NCBI GenBank assembly: GCA_008632985.1
Contig: QPGO01000270.1
Span: 59,404 to 79,403 of the forward strand
Length of the DNA: 20,000 nucleotides
Origin: Psammoneis japonica
Lineage: Eukaryota
Direction of reading: 5' to 3'
This document shows positions 10,439-20,000 of the stretch, in pieces. Under the pieces are notes generated by a model. It saw nothing but the letters and a program-made list of their open reading frames with translations. It was not told where the DNA came from and ran no database searches. The stretch's first letter is position 1, and the number at the start of each line of letters is the position of its first letter. The translations under genes were made by a program, and so were the position numbers.

Positions 10439-11840
10439 TCAACACTCCATTGCTGGTTTCTCATGCCGCGACTGAGAAACCAGGACAGTTTGCATCGTTT
10501 GACAGCTCGCTCATTGCCTGATCTTGTCACAGCAACACATGATGAACAAAGTACATTGACAACACCTGAAAGCTTGTCAACTCTGTCTGGTTGGCAACAC
10601 AGCTGCTCCTCCTGCTTTGCTTCCAACAGCAGATGGCATCCTTTGTCAAATGTGTTCAAGAAATGCTTCACAATTGTGCCCTCTCCTCCCGCAGGAGTGT
10701 CATTCTCAGCAAAATGTTTTTGTGGCTCAAGTGTCTTTGTGGATCGAATCTGCTGGTCATCATCACATTGGCCTGTGACAAGAGGAAGGCCAAAAATCCA
10801 GATGCAGAGCTGTGCGGCAATTCCAGCTTTGGCGCAGCACATTCCATGACACACATTGTGTGGCAATCGATTCATGTCCCCAGAGCTCGGGTCTCCCATG
10901 CATGTGTTGGACGTGTCATGCATCACAGGTCGGTGGCCATCTTTGGGGTTAAAATGTTGGTCCCGCTGGCGCTTCCGGAACTTCACATCCTCGTTGTGTG
11001 ATGCATGCATTGGCCATCACTCACGGCACTCCAACTCTTTCTTCAATCAGCATTTTAACACCTTTCCCAACGTCTTGTGATCTGCACCATGCTCCCTCTC
11101 CCAGTCCTCCCAATGTGCCATTGTTCGGCCAAATGAAAATTTGTGCGTGAAGAGGAGCTCTTCAACAAAAGTCACACAGGTTGCCATCTTTGTCATTTCA
11201 TCCAAATTGCCACCAAGCACTGTTGCACCACACTTGAGAAGATGCTTCAAATTCAAAAATCCTGTGCGATGCTTCACTTCCTTGGGAGTGAGTGAGAAGA
11301 GCCCGATCTTTGGTTTGTCCCGGGGCATTGACCTGCAGCATTCTCACCGGCTGTTGCTTCCTTTTGCGAAGAAGTTTTTTCACTCTCACGCAATCCTTCT
11401 TGTACAAGCACATGTTGCGTCTGAACAGACAAGACAGATTCTTGAGCACTTGCATTGACAACATGGCGGAGCATTTCTCAGTCAGTCCCCAGTCCATCAG
11501 AATCAGTTCTTGGAGGCAAGTGAAAGCTCTTCTGAGACCCGATTGGCTTTGGTGCTTCAAATGCTTTGATGGGTGCATGCTCCTTGTTGCACTTCGTTGA
11601 CTTTCCTTTCACCATTTCCATTGGGTGCTTGTCACAATGCCTGAGCTCTCCTTTGCCATGTGCTCTTCCTGGGCCCATGCAATCAGTCCACTCGCAATGC
11701 TTGGACAGTCGGATTTGGTGAGATTTCTGTCATTGATTGCTCCAGTGGGACGGCAGCTCCTTTGGATGGTTCGGAGCTTTGTGAAACTTTCTAAAGCAAT
11801 TTTTGCCATTGTTTGAGCAACCTTTGAAGTGACAGTGTTT
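10368..11840 (-). pseudogene. THAP-like + HTH + DDE_Tnp_4-type transposase region of the element (degraded)
   Basis: THAP-like CHFKGCSN...FHKAP...LRHCDKH (about 11840-11625), EVKHRTGF...EELLF helical region, and catalytic core VMHDTSN...CAKAGIAAQLC.W...TG..DD...FDKG(C/Y)...RSGNERAVKRCK. Stops and frameshifts are present. The 3' end is approximate. Confidence 0.82.
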
Positions 11841-12719
11841 GTGCTTTCTCTTTCTCTCTTCAGGACCGGGTTGCACATTTTTGGTGGAATGCAAATGGTT
11901 GGTGGCAGAACTCAAAATGTTTGTCATGTCAGCAAGCGGCTGCCCTTGACGCAAACAAGAACCGGTGCTTCTGCTGGTGCCTGAACCCACCAGCAATCAA
12001 GGTTGCTTTGATGATGGTTCTGTCACAGAAGGCGCTTCCATCCATTTCCACAAAAAACATGGCACTCTCAAATCTGTCTGCCATGCGATGCACCCACTGG
12101 TGCTCGGAATTATGATCCACCGCGGGATCATTTGCTCTTGGAGATCGAGCATGCGCAAGCTTCGCACCGATTGGAGTGTCCACATTGTTGGCTTTCGCTG
12201 ACTGTTTTTCTGGACGCAGCTCGTTCATTCTGTCTTTGCCAAATGGCACAGAAATTGTTTTGGTCGCCAAGACAACATTGTTGAATTTGGCCATGGTTGC
12301 CATCCCTTTGGGTGTGTTGGGAATGTCAATGCCAAAAAGGGGTTTGGGGTGAGATTCAGGGTTGCTTTCATTTTTCACCAAGTTGTCGGCTTTCCCAACA
12401 GGACTTTTGTGTTTCGCTTTGTCACGCAACAGACCAAGATCTCGCAACATTGGTTCTCCCAGGGAAAGCTTTTCCTCCCAATCTGTTGTTGCTGAGCAAT
12501 CATTCAACAGCTCCACAACCGTGGCAGTGGATTGCAAGGTGGGCGGAACCCGACCCGAAGCCTTGATCTTCATCCTTCAACCTTTTTCAACACTGGAGCC
12601 CCCACCTGACCGCTGATGTTTTCTTCCTTTCTAAGGTGACTGCAAAGGCTCGCAAGGACAAAAGATGACATTGTTCCACCACTTCAAAACAGTGACTGGC
12701 TTCCCTGAGCCAGCCGACC

Positions 12720-14376
12720 AAAACTGTGCATGCAGGCAACACGATCCTCTCCCAAATTTGATGCAGACTCGTTCACACACCCAGCCCGGCAGTGACATGA
12801 TGCAGCAACTGGTTCAGTGGCGTTGAATGCAGTGGCTCCCCTGCATTTCAGCAATTTCATCAAAGCAAGAATCTTGTTGCTCAAAATCAGACACTCTTTC
12901 CCCTCATGGGCAGCAAGAGTCACGGTTCCAAGTAAATTGTCCAGACTGCCGGCGTCCGTCGCATGTCAAATGCCCCTCTTGCACAGTTGCTCACCTGTGT
13001 GAGCTCTGGTGTTTTCAGCCACAGCCACTGCATTCCGTGGAAGGACGTGCTTGTGTGAAAGCTTCTCCCCTGGCTTTCAGATTCCAAGTTTGGTTGGAGA
13101 TGCCAGAATGTCAACAACAGCTGTGATGGAAGCAAGCGGCATGTCTTCATCTGCAATGAGCTCCGGCAGCTCCTCCACAGTGACAGTTTTCAACTGAACA
13201 AGATGGGGCACATGCAGCCGCTGTCATTGTGACTCATTTTTTCATGCAACAATCCCTTTGCTGGACACAACACTGCATCACTGGAGTTGACAGCTGCTCC
13301 ATTCACACCTGCAATGTCTTCCGCAAGAGCTTTGTGCAGCTCTTTCCCAGTCTTCTGTGAGTGCCTTGCAAGCAAATCCACTGCAGCTTTTGGACCACAT
13401 CCATCGACTCCTTGTGGACAAGCATCACATCCCAACAGGAGAGCTGCAAGGGCCCTTGTCATTGGATCATCAACCCCACTGAATGTTGGGTGGCCTGGAG
13501 TTTGGCCATCACGTTTGGCATCTTTGTCTTCATCAAATGGCGAGTGCCCCAACTTCACACTCAGAGTCTCCTCGATGATCTCAGCAATCATTTGCTGACC
13601 AGCACAAAGCCAACATGCTGATTGGGATCCTTCATTTTCGAAACAGAGATGTCTTTGATCACAATGTCAAGTCCATTTGGACCGACGTACATCGAGAAAT
13701 CTGAGTCACCCGACACAATTGCATCGGCACCCGAGTCGATGACCACCAATTTTGCAACACACGGGTCCGCCTGCATCAGTGCAGTGACAGTGGAGACCAC
13801 TCCTTTCCCCTGTGGATCACACTCTTCCACCATGCTTGTAAGATTTGTGTGAAAATCCGGCGTCAACCCACGATCCAGCATGCTTTCTAGGCCGCGGATC
13901 TTCTCCCAGGCCTTGTCCGCTTGCTCCGCATGGTCTGCCGGACTTTCAATGCTTTCAGCTCCAAGGAGACTCTGTAAATTAGATTGAGCAATAAAGAGCC
14001 GAGTCTTGGCCTTTTCAGCTTCAGCACGGCATCTACAAGAGGCACGCTTGGAGGCATGACGGTTTGTCGGATGGTCGCAGACAATGTGAGCGTCGCACAG
14101 TTTCTCAGACAGAGCCTTGGCTGTGTGAAAGACAGCATGCTCTGGGAGGAATGATGAGTGGTTGCCAGCATACTTGTGTGCTAATAGATTTGCATCAAGT
14201 ACTATCTTCAATCATTGTCTAGGGGGAGAGGAGTCAATCTCAACGCTTTCTGCAGCTGCTCGAGTTTGTCGTTCCAAACGATCCCTTTTTGCCACTTCTT
14301 GGATGACCAGCAGCATCAAATCAAGAGGAAGCTTTACAGTCTTCCAAAGAATTAGATGAGCACCCTTTAGACCCAT
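12720..14376 (-). pseudogene. XPG/FEN1/Exo1-type (PIN-like + H3TH) nuclease followed by a SWIM-type zinc finger; 5' part of the transposon reading frame
   Basis: The ATG at 14376 gives MGLKG (XPG-N-like start) and is in frame, through one TGA, with IVLDAN. Then follow IVCD...RHASKRAS, QADPCVA, IVSGDSDF and the H3TH motif LLGCD..P.GVDGCGPKAA (about 13440-13380). CHCRAG...ACMH (CxC...CxH) lies at about 12800-12726. Confidence 0.8.
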
Positions 14377-14719
14377 CTTTCATACAGAGGAGTGTTGGTT
14401 CGGCAACAATGTGATGACTTGTCAATGAAGAGTGCGTCACGATTGATGGCTGTGATGTGTTCAAGCCGTCTCAAAATTTCTCGTTTTAGCGCGGCGAAGT
14501 ACGATCGTAGTTTCTACGTAATTTTAGTACTGCCCCACACTTTTGGACTTTCCCACGGTTCCATGCATGCGTCGGAGAGTTGCGGAGTGACCAGTGACCA
14601 TGCCCACTTGCGCATGTGCTGTCAATCATCCGTCGTCATTTATTGACATCGAACTTGCAGCACTCGTTCTCTCTCTAGCAGCAGGCGTCTTCCAGAACAG
14701 AATATAAGAAGACAGAAGA

Positions 14720-16432
14720 ATGGATCCCGACGATAAAAAGAGGAAGCGAGCAGAGCTTGTCAGTGACGAAATCCGTGCGTTACAAGAGGAGCACGAGAAG
14801 GAGCTCAAACAAAAAGACGACGCCATACGAGCTGCCATGAAGCTGCTCTGCAATCCTGGAAATGTGCCGAAAAGGTGGCGCTGCATGCCTGATTCGATCA
14901 AAAACAACCCCACGGCGATTGCTGAAGCCATTGCGGGTGACTTGTTTCGTACGGAGGATACTTCGAAAGTGAGCGACAAGGTGCTGCAAGAGGCCGTGTC
15001 AATGTTGTTGGAAAATGATCGCGCGGCGGCGGTCAAGGCCTGTGAGAAGGGCGTTCTACCATGGAGCAAAGTAAAACCAACTGCAGAAGAGTGGCGTGGC
15101 TATGCTTACTTGTCCATGAAGGCGCTTACGCTCGGCAAGGTAAACGACGCTTCGCAAGTTCCGATTGTGACACATAGAATGATCAATGATGCTGTAAAAA
15201 ATGGATACCTTTGGTGGGAATATGTTCCAACAAGTTTCAAGGATGACTTAGACTTGTGTCGAATGATTCTGGATCCGTGGGATGCATCATTCCGAATTGA
15301 GGAGGACCGCCTCAAGGATCGTTTTCGTCCGATAGGCGGTACAAATTATGATGAAGCATCACGGGCTGCGGTTGATATTTTGGATCGTCACTCTTCGCTT
15401 CGCGGAGATCATCAAGTGTGGGAGAAGCTCATATCGAGCAATAAGAATTATGCTCAAACCATCATTAGAGGAGTATTTCAAGCTGGTGGTGGATATTTAC
15501 AGCCTGGTGGCGATCATTTGAAAGAAGCCTGCACCAAGGACTTCTCACTCCTCTTGGAAATTGATCAAGTCACTCATCATCATTTGGTTCGTGATTTCAT
15601 TGAAAAAAATGCAAATACTGTGTTTTGGACGACCGAAGAATTCATTGTGGCCTTTCCTGAATTTGTGGCCTCTCAGCTTGATCGTGTTGACCCCCAGCAG
15701 CCCTATTTCTCTAACTTGGAAGACTTTGCGGGCATCATTACTGATTGCTCCATGTGGACAGATGATTTAAGTGAGAGGTGGCTTCAGAGAGGCCTTCCAA
15801 TTGCACGCACTCATCCAGAGGATTGGAGAAGTGACCGCCAGAAGTTCTTGATGGTCGCTCGTTATGGCATAAACCGAGAAATAAAAGATGGGTCGTTTAG
15901 ACATGCCGACGGAGACCTCCTGGTTGATGCTGAGTTTATCACTCAACTGATGGAAATAGACCCATGGCTATTCTTGTATGCTTCGGATGAATTGCGTAAC
16001 GAGAATTACGAATTAGCTGTTTGGGCGATGGGGAATAAATACTTTCTGAAGCGTTGCTATGAATCCATTTCTAGAGTAGCGAGGCGGAAACGACAAGGAA
16101 CACAACGTCACCTGGCTCCTATCTTGACGGAAGAAAAATTGAAAGAGTATTATACTCGAGCCATGAAGGAATTGGCAGAGCATGATAACTTTGTAAGAGG
16201 ATTCCTCTGTGCCGTTTGTGTGCACGACGATCAACGAATCATGTGCGAGATGAATCACACTCCCCTGTTGAGGAACATCCGGGACTTTGCGGGGATTGCC
16301 ACAGGTTCCCATCTACGCAACATCCGAAAGGCCGTTGCTGTGTTCAAAGAGAACCAAGCCAAAAGTAGCCAGAGGGCTTATTTGTCTCACACTTCCGAGC
16401 TGGGAACGATCTTGGTCGTCTTGCATGCATGA
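14720..16432 (+). CDS. 570-aa intronless protein, probably DUF4116-type helical-repeat family
   Basis: Long uninterrupted ORF with normal composition (16 Tyr). N-terminal basic stretch KKRKR and coiled coil. DUF4116-like segments DAEFITQLMEIDPWLFLYASDELRNENYELAVWAM and WEYVPTSFKDDLDL. The CDS is firm and the family call is tentative. Confidence 0.75.
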   Translation: MDPDDKKRKRAELVSDEIRALQEEHEKELKQKDDAIRAAMKLLCNPGNVPKRWRCMPDSIKNNPTAIAEAIAGDLFRTEDTSKVSDKVLQEAVSMLLENDRAAAVKACEKGVLPWSKVKPTAEEWRGYAYLSMKALTLGKVNDASQVPIVTHRMINDAVKNGYLWWEYVPTSFKDDLDLCRMILDPWDASFRIEEDRLKDRFRPIGGTNYDEASRAAVDILDRHSSLRGDHQVWEKLISSNKNYAQTIIRGVFQAGGGYLQPGGDHLKEACTKDFSLLLEIDQVTHHHLVRDFIEKNANTVFWTTEEFIVAFPEFVASQLDRVDPQQPYFSNLEDFAGIITDCSMWTDDLSERWLQRGLPIARTHPEDWRSDRQKFLMVARYGINREIKDGSFRHADGDLLVDAEFITQLMEIDPWLFLYASDELRNENYELAVWAMGNKYFLKRCYESISRVARRKRQGTQRHLAPILTEEKLKEYYTRAMKELAEHDNFVRGFLCAVCVHDDQRIMCEMNHTPLLRNIRDFAGIATGSHLRNIRKAVAVFKENQAKSSQRAYLSHTSELGTILVVLHA

Positions 16433-16752
16433 GAGCGCGACGAAGATTTTCAAGATAAGTTCCGTTGTGTAAATCCCCCAGAAGTGAACACAGAACCGAG
16501 TTGCGGGTGCTGTATTAAAAGAGACCCAGGCCGAAGGTATCCAGAGTGCTGATGGTTCGTAATTTGCTTGTAACATGTCTTTATGCTTTTCCCCTTACGC
16601 CGCTTGCATACACAGTAGTTTACAATATCTGCGTTTAGTCTATGTAAGAAATAGATTGAAGTAGTCTCACACTTTCGAGCTTGGAACGATTTTGGACGTC
16701 TTGCATGCGCAGAAGAGCGTAACGACCGAATTCAAAAGAAGTACCATTGTGT
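16384..16752. repeat. ~88-bp diverged direct repeat (16384-16470 and 16664-16752)
   Basis: GTCTCACACTTYCGAGCTKGGAACGATYTTGGWCGTCTTGCATGC...GAGCG..ACGA...TTCAA.A.AAGT.CCRTTGTGT in both copies. Confidence 0.88.
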
Positions 16753-17198
16753 GATCTTTAGGTATGGGTCAGAATCTAGTGATACCACTGTCCGCATCCT
16801 CATCTAGTGTCGGCCGTTCAGCATTTGGTGCCTGCGGTAAATTCTTTTGCAAATCTCCAACGAATGGAACGAGAATACAGTCTCCTTCACAACGCGATCA
16901 AAATGAGGACGATAGAGTACTACATTTTTTCTGGACAAACCACGCATATGACACCGACAGCAATTTGATTTTGTTACTTTCAACCGTTCAAGTTTCTCGT
17001 ATGTACAAGATTCTATTTTTACAGTAGAAAAAGTTAATCTCACCAATTCTTACTGCGCGCCACTCTTGTTATTGAAGCCCACCACTCTCTTGTTTTGCAC
17101 AGCGCGCGTTATAGTAAAAACATCCGAGATGATACCTACTCGATCGCAATCTCTCCTCATACGTACACAATTTCCAAAACACATACCCTCTTCTTTCT

Positions 17199-17894
17199 TT
17201 AAGCAATCCCAACAAACGCATTTGCAATATCTCGTTTTTGTTGTGCATTGTACGCATTGTATTCGAATACCGCCTTCCAAAAGGTCACCAACTTTTCGTC
17301 GGCATCACCATGGTGCGTTGCTCCCGTGGCCACGACGAGAATGGCATGACAATTCTTGACAATGTTGATACTACCCTTGAGCGAAGACAACAATTTCTTG
17401 GTTCGTTGAGCGACCGTTTTGGAATTTTGAATCAGAGTTGGATCTCTGTAACTCGAAACCATGGCGGTCGGTGCAATCAAATTCATACACGCCAGAGGTG
17501 CTAAAATTTCAAAATCACTACGCTTCATGGCATTCAAGAGTATGGGTGGCATACGATCCTCATCGGCAATCGTTTTGTCGCCAACTTGAGTCACATAGGC
17601 GGCAAAGAAACCACGCATTCCATCGTAATGAGATAATTGTGCCGTCAAGAGCTTCACGAGTTGTTGTTTATTTTCGGTGGAAGAAGAACCGAGTGCCTTG
17701 ACAAGGACAGAAGCATGATAGACTTGTTCGGTAAAGTCGTGTGTCGAAACGTCCTGGACGGTTGGGAGATTGGCATAGTAAAGTGCCGTTGTAGTAGTTT
17801 CGAGACGAGTTGTTGGAGTCGACACAAACGCTAACGACGGTGCTGCTGACACTGTCAATCCTAGTACAAGCAGTAATTCTTTCATTGGTATCAT
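17199..17894 (-). CDS. Putative plastid-targeted conserved hypothetical protein (231 aa)
   Basis: Hydrophobic signal peptide LLLVLGLTVSAAPSLA, then F at +1 (ASAF-like motif SLA-FVS), then a Thr/Ser-rich transit peptide. The mature region contains AQLSHxDGxRGFFxxYxT...AD...LACMNLIxPTAM. The start may be the ATG at 17885. Confidence 0.8.
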   Translation of the reverse strand: MIPMKELLLVLGLTVSAAPSLAFVSTPTTRLETTTTALYYANLPTVQDVSTHDFTEQVYHASVLVKALGSSSTENKQQLVKLLTAQLSHYDGMRGFFAAYVTQVGDKTIADEDRMPPILLNAMKRSDFEILAPLACMNLIAPTAMVSSYRDPTLIQNSKTVAQRTKKLLSSLKGSINIVKNCHAILVVATGATHHGDADEKLVTFWKAVFEYNAYNAQQKRDIANAFVGIA

Positions 17895-18326
17895 GGTTTG
17901 GAATAAGAGTCTCTTGTTTTTTTTATTCTTGTTGTTTGTTCTGTTGTCATTGGCGCGTCACAGTTTTATGAAAAAAAAAACAGCAGGCGCAAAAAGAACA
18001 CGAGCAAACAAGAATTCCGATTCTTGAAACGCGGTGCCAGTCCCGGATACGACTCAATCAATTGGAATTCAACATTTAACGGAGGGGGTCATCAATTTGG
18101 TTGTTTATCCTAAAATGCAGAAACATTTGAATAAGGCTATTTTATAAATGTTGATTTTGAATACAAAAATTATTCCCATTCGCACCTGATCGCGCACGAA
18201 AACGAAGACATCAGGCTCGCTCATCTTCCATCTAAATCAGACTGCTAAACAGACCAGTGCACTAGCTAGTTTTGCATAAATTAGACTACATTATTCTCCT
18301 TACTATCAAGCAATCCAGTATGCTAT

Positions 18327-20000
18327 TTATCGCGAAGCCGGCGCCGTGAGACCGGCAACACCGGTCTTTTTGGCGGTACCCGAAGTCGTCATGTAGGGTC
18401 CCCACGACGAAACGACATCGACTTCTTCTTCACTGTCGGCATTGGCAAGCATTTCATTGGCAAATTCCCGAGCAGCCTTGATACGACGAACTTCCTTCAT
18501 ACGGACCATCTTGTTGCGGACAATCTTGCGCCAATACGAGCCGTCTTCGTTGGGTTGCACCACAACGACACTTCCGTCCTTTTCGTCATACATGACAACC
18601 GCTTGTTCTCGTCCGGGAATGCCACCACAGTCGGCTCCCTCCATTCCTTCCTCGTCGGAGATTTCACATTCGTCTTCGATACCCGAATCAATCACTGCAA
18701 TGTTCTTGCCAACAAGCTCATCGGCACCCACCACAAGACCTAGAGGTGCAAGAGTGGACTGATCGTACTCGACAAGCATACCGTTCAACATACCGAGAAC
18801 ACGGTTATCCGCCATTCTCCACCAAGCCACCGTTTCCGGCGTAACCTTTTCGTTGACATGAAGCGTACCATCCTCATCGTACGGAATGTACCCATCATCG
18901 GGGGATGGAGCTCATCACCGGCGCTCGGCGCGTACACCTTGAAGTATTCTTCACCCTCTCGTGCTCATCTTCATGAGCATACACACCGACTTCATTGCTG
19001 TTGGACTTGTAGGTAATGGTGGCATCCAAACGAATGGCACCGTCCTTTTGATGATCCACGGTACAAATCTCAAATCCGTCCTTGTTACCACGAATCAAAC
19101 GAGACTGTTGACGGCCATCGCGGGAGGTTCCACCGCGCATGACGGACGTTTGAACAAAGACACAGCTTCCTCGATTCGGATAAGGACCGTCCTTGGGATC
19201 AATCGTGGGAAACGTAATGGAATCTTGGTAGTCCTGTCCGAGATGAAAGTGTCCCGAGAACCACGCCTTGATACAGCGGTGTTCACGGACAATTTCAATG
19301 AATTTGCGACACTTTTTGTCGTCCGAATGGTTCAACCAGCAGCAGCCATTGACGACATGGTTTTCTTGCAAGACACGGAGACCGGATCCATTGGGGGGAG
19401 CGTGAGAAAAGACAAAAATCTTCCAATCCTCCTCGGCGGGATGGTCCTTGACGGTCTGTTCAAACCATGCCATTTGCTCATCGTCAATCGTCACTTCGTG
19501 CGATGTGTACTTGGCATCACGAAACACGGTGCTGCCGAGTCCCACCAAGAGAGTCTTTTCCGCAATCAAACGCGAAAAGTACGGCGTGGGCTTGTCGTGT
19601 ACGCGAAGGTACATTTCCAAATTCTCCTCGTCCGTTCGAATCTAGTAGAAATAAGCAGAAATAAGCAGAAACGTATTAGTATCAGGTCCATGATGGATAA
19701 CACTTTGTACACACACTCTCGAATATTTCTTACTCATCCAGTCCCTCCAAATCGTGATTACCACCAATAAGTTCATACGGAACTCCAAACGAACTCAAAA
19801 CTCGGCTGCAAGTTCGTGGCATTCCGTGGTTCCCGCAAACAATTCCGAGGTTTCGTCGGGCCGTACCGATTTGGATTCGCCCAAATCACCCAACGATACA
19901 AGACAAACATTACCGTGATTGTCCTTGGCTTGTTGGAAAATGGGTTTCCATTGTTCTCGGCCTACTTCATAGTCTTCCATTTTTCGTGGATCAATGTGCA
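18327..20000 (-). CDS. Calcineurin-like metallophosphoesterase, 5'-truncated by the window edge; intron 19733-19642; four apparent 1-nt deletions
   Basis: Motifs in order: (D)xHIDPR at the edge, LGDLG, GGNHDLEG (about 19765-19742, not shown in the ORF track), FSHAPP, WFSGHFH. Intron GTAAGA...CTAATAC...CTAG. Stop TAA at 18329-18327. Confidence 0.88.

Larger units (their letters stand above)
9943..14562 (-). mobile_element. Full-length ISL2EU/Harbinger-clade (PHIS) DNA transposon, 4620 bp, TIRs 9943-9996 and 14511-14562, AT TSD
   Basis: Left end GGAACCaccATGGGAAAGTCAAAATCATGGGGCGGCACTAAAACTCCGTAGAAA matches the reverse complement of the right end, GGAACCGTGGGAAAGTCCAAAAGTGTGGGGCAGTACTAAAATTACGTAGAAA. 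AT flanks both ends (9941-9942 and 14563-14564). The element encloses a DDE_Tnp_4-type transposase. Confidence 0.9.

Noticed and set aside
1..14200. Classical fungal RIP or simple CpG methylation decay as the whole explanation
   Set aside because: RIP enriches TpA, and CpG decay does not remove it. Here TpA is depleted even where CpG persists.
18961..19770. 269-aa plus-strand ORF
   Set aside because: It is the antisense shadow of the metallophosphoesterase and runs through its intron.

Overview
Eukaryotic DNA, most likely a diatom (spliceosomal introns, an ASAF-type bipartite plastid presequence, diatom-type gene families). Two blocks of decayed transposable-element DNA (about 1-6500 and 7740-14560) flank a small intact island carrying ribosomal protein gene RPS28. 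An ordinary gene-rich stretch follows: a DUF4116-like protein, a plastid-targeted hypothetical protein and a metallophosphoesterase. The repeats include a piggyBac-like transposase pseudogene interrupted by a ~400-bp MITE that is present twice. They also include a complete 4.62-kb ISL2EU/Harbinger-clade DNA transposon (~53-bp TIRs, AT target duplication) whose reading frame joins an XPG/FEN1-type nuclease, SWIM, THAP-like and DDE_Tnp_4 domains. The most striking signal is repeat-restricted loss of TpA dinucleotides (TA to CA/TG, turning Tyr into Cys/His and erasing TAA/TAG stops). This is the opposite direction to fungal RIP, is partly uncoupled from CpG decay, and stops at gene boundaries. 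All counts were made by hand and all domain calls come from motif recognition, not database searches.
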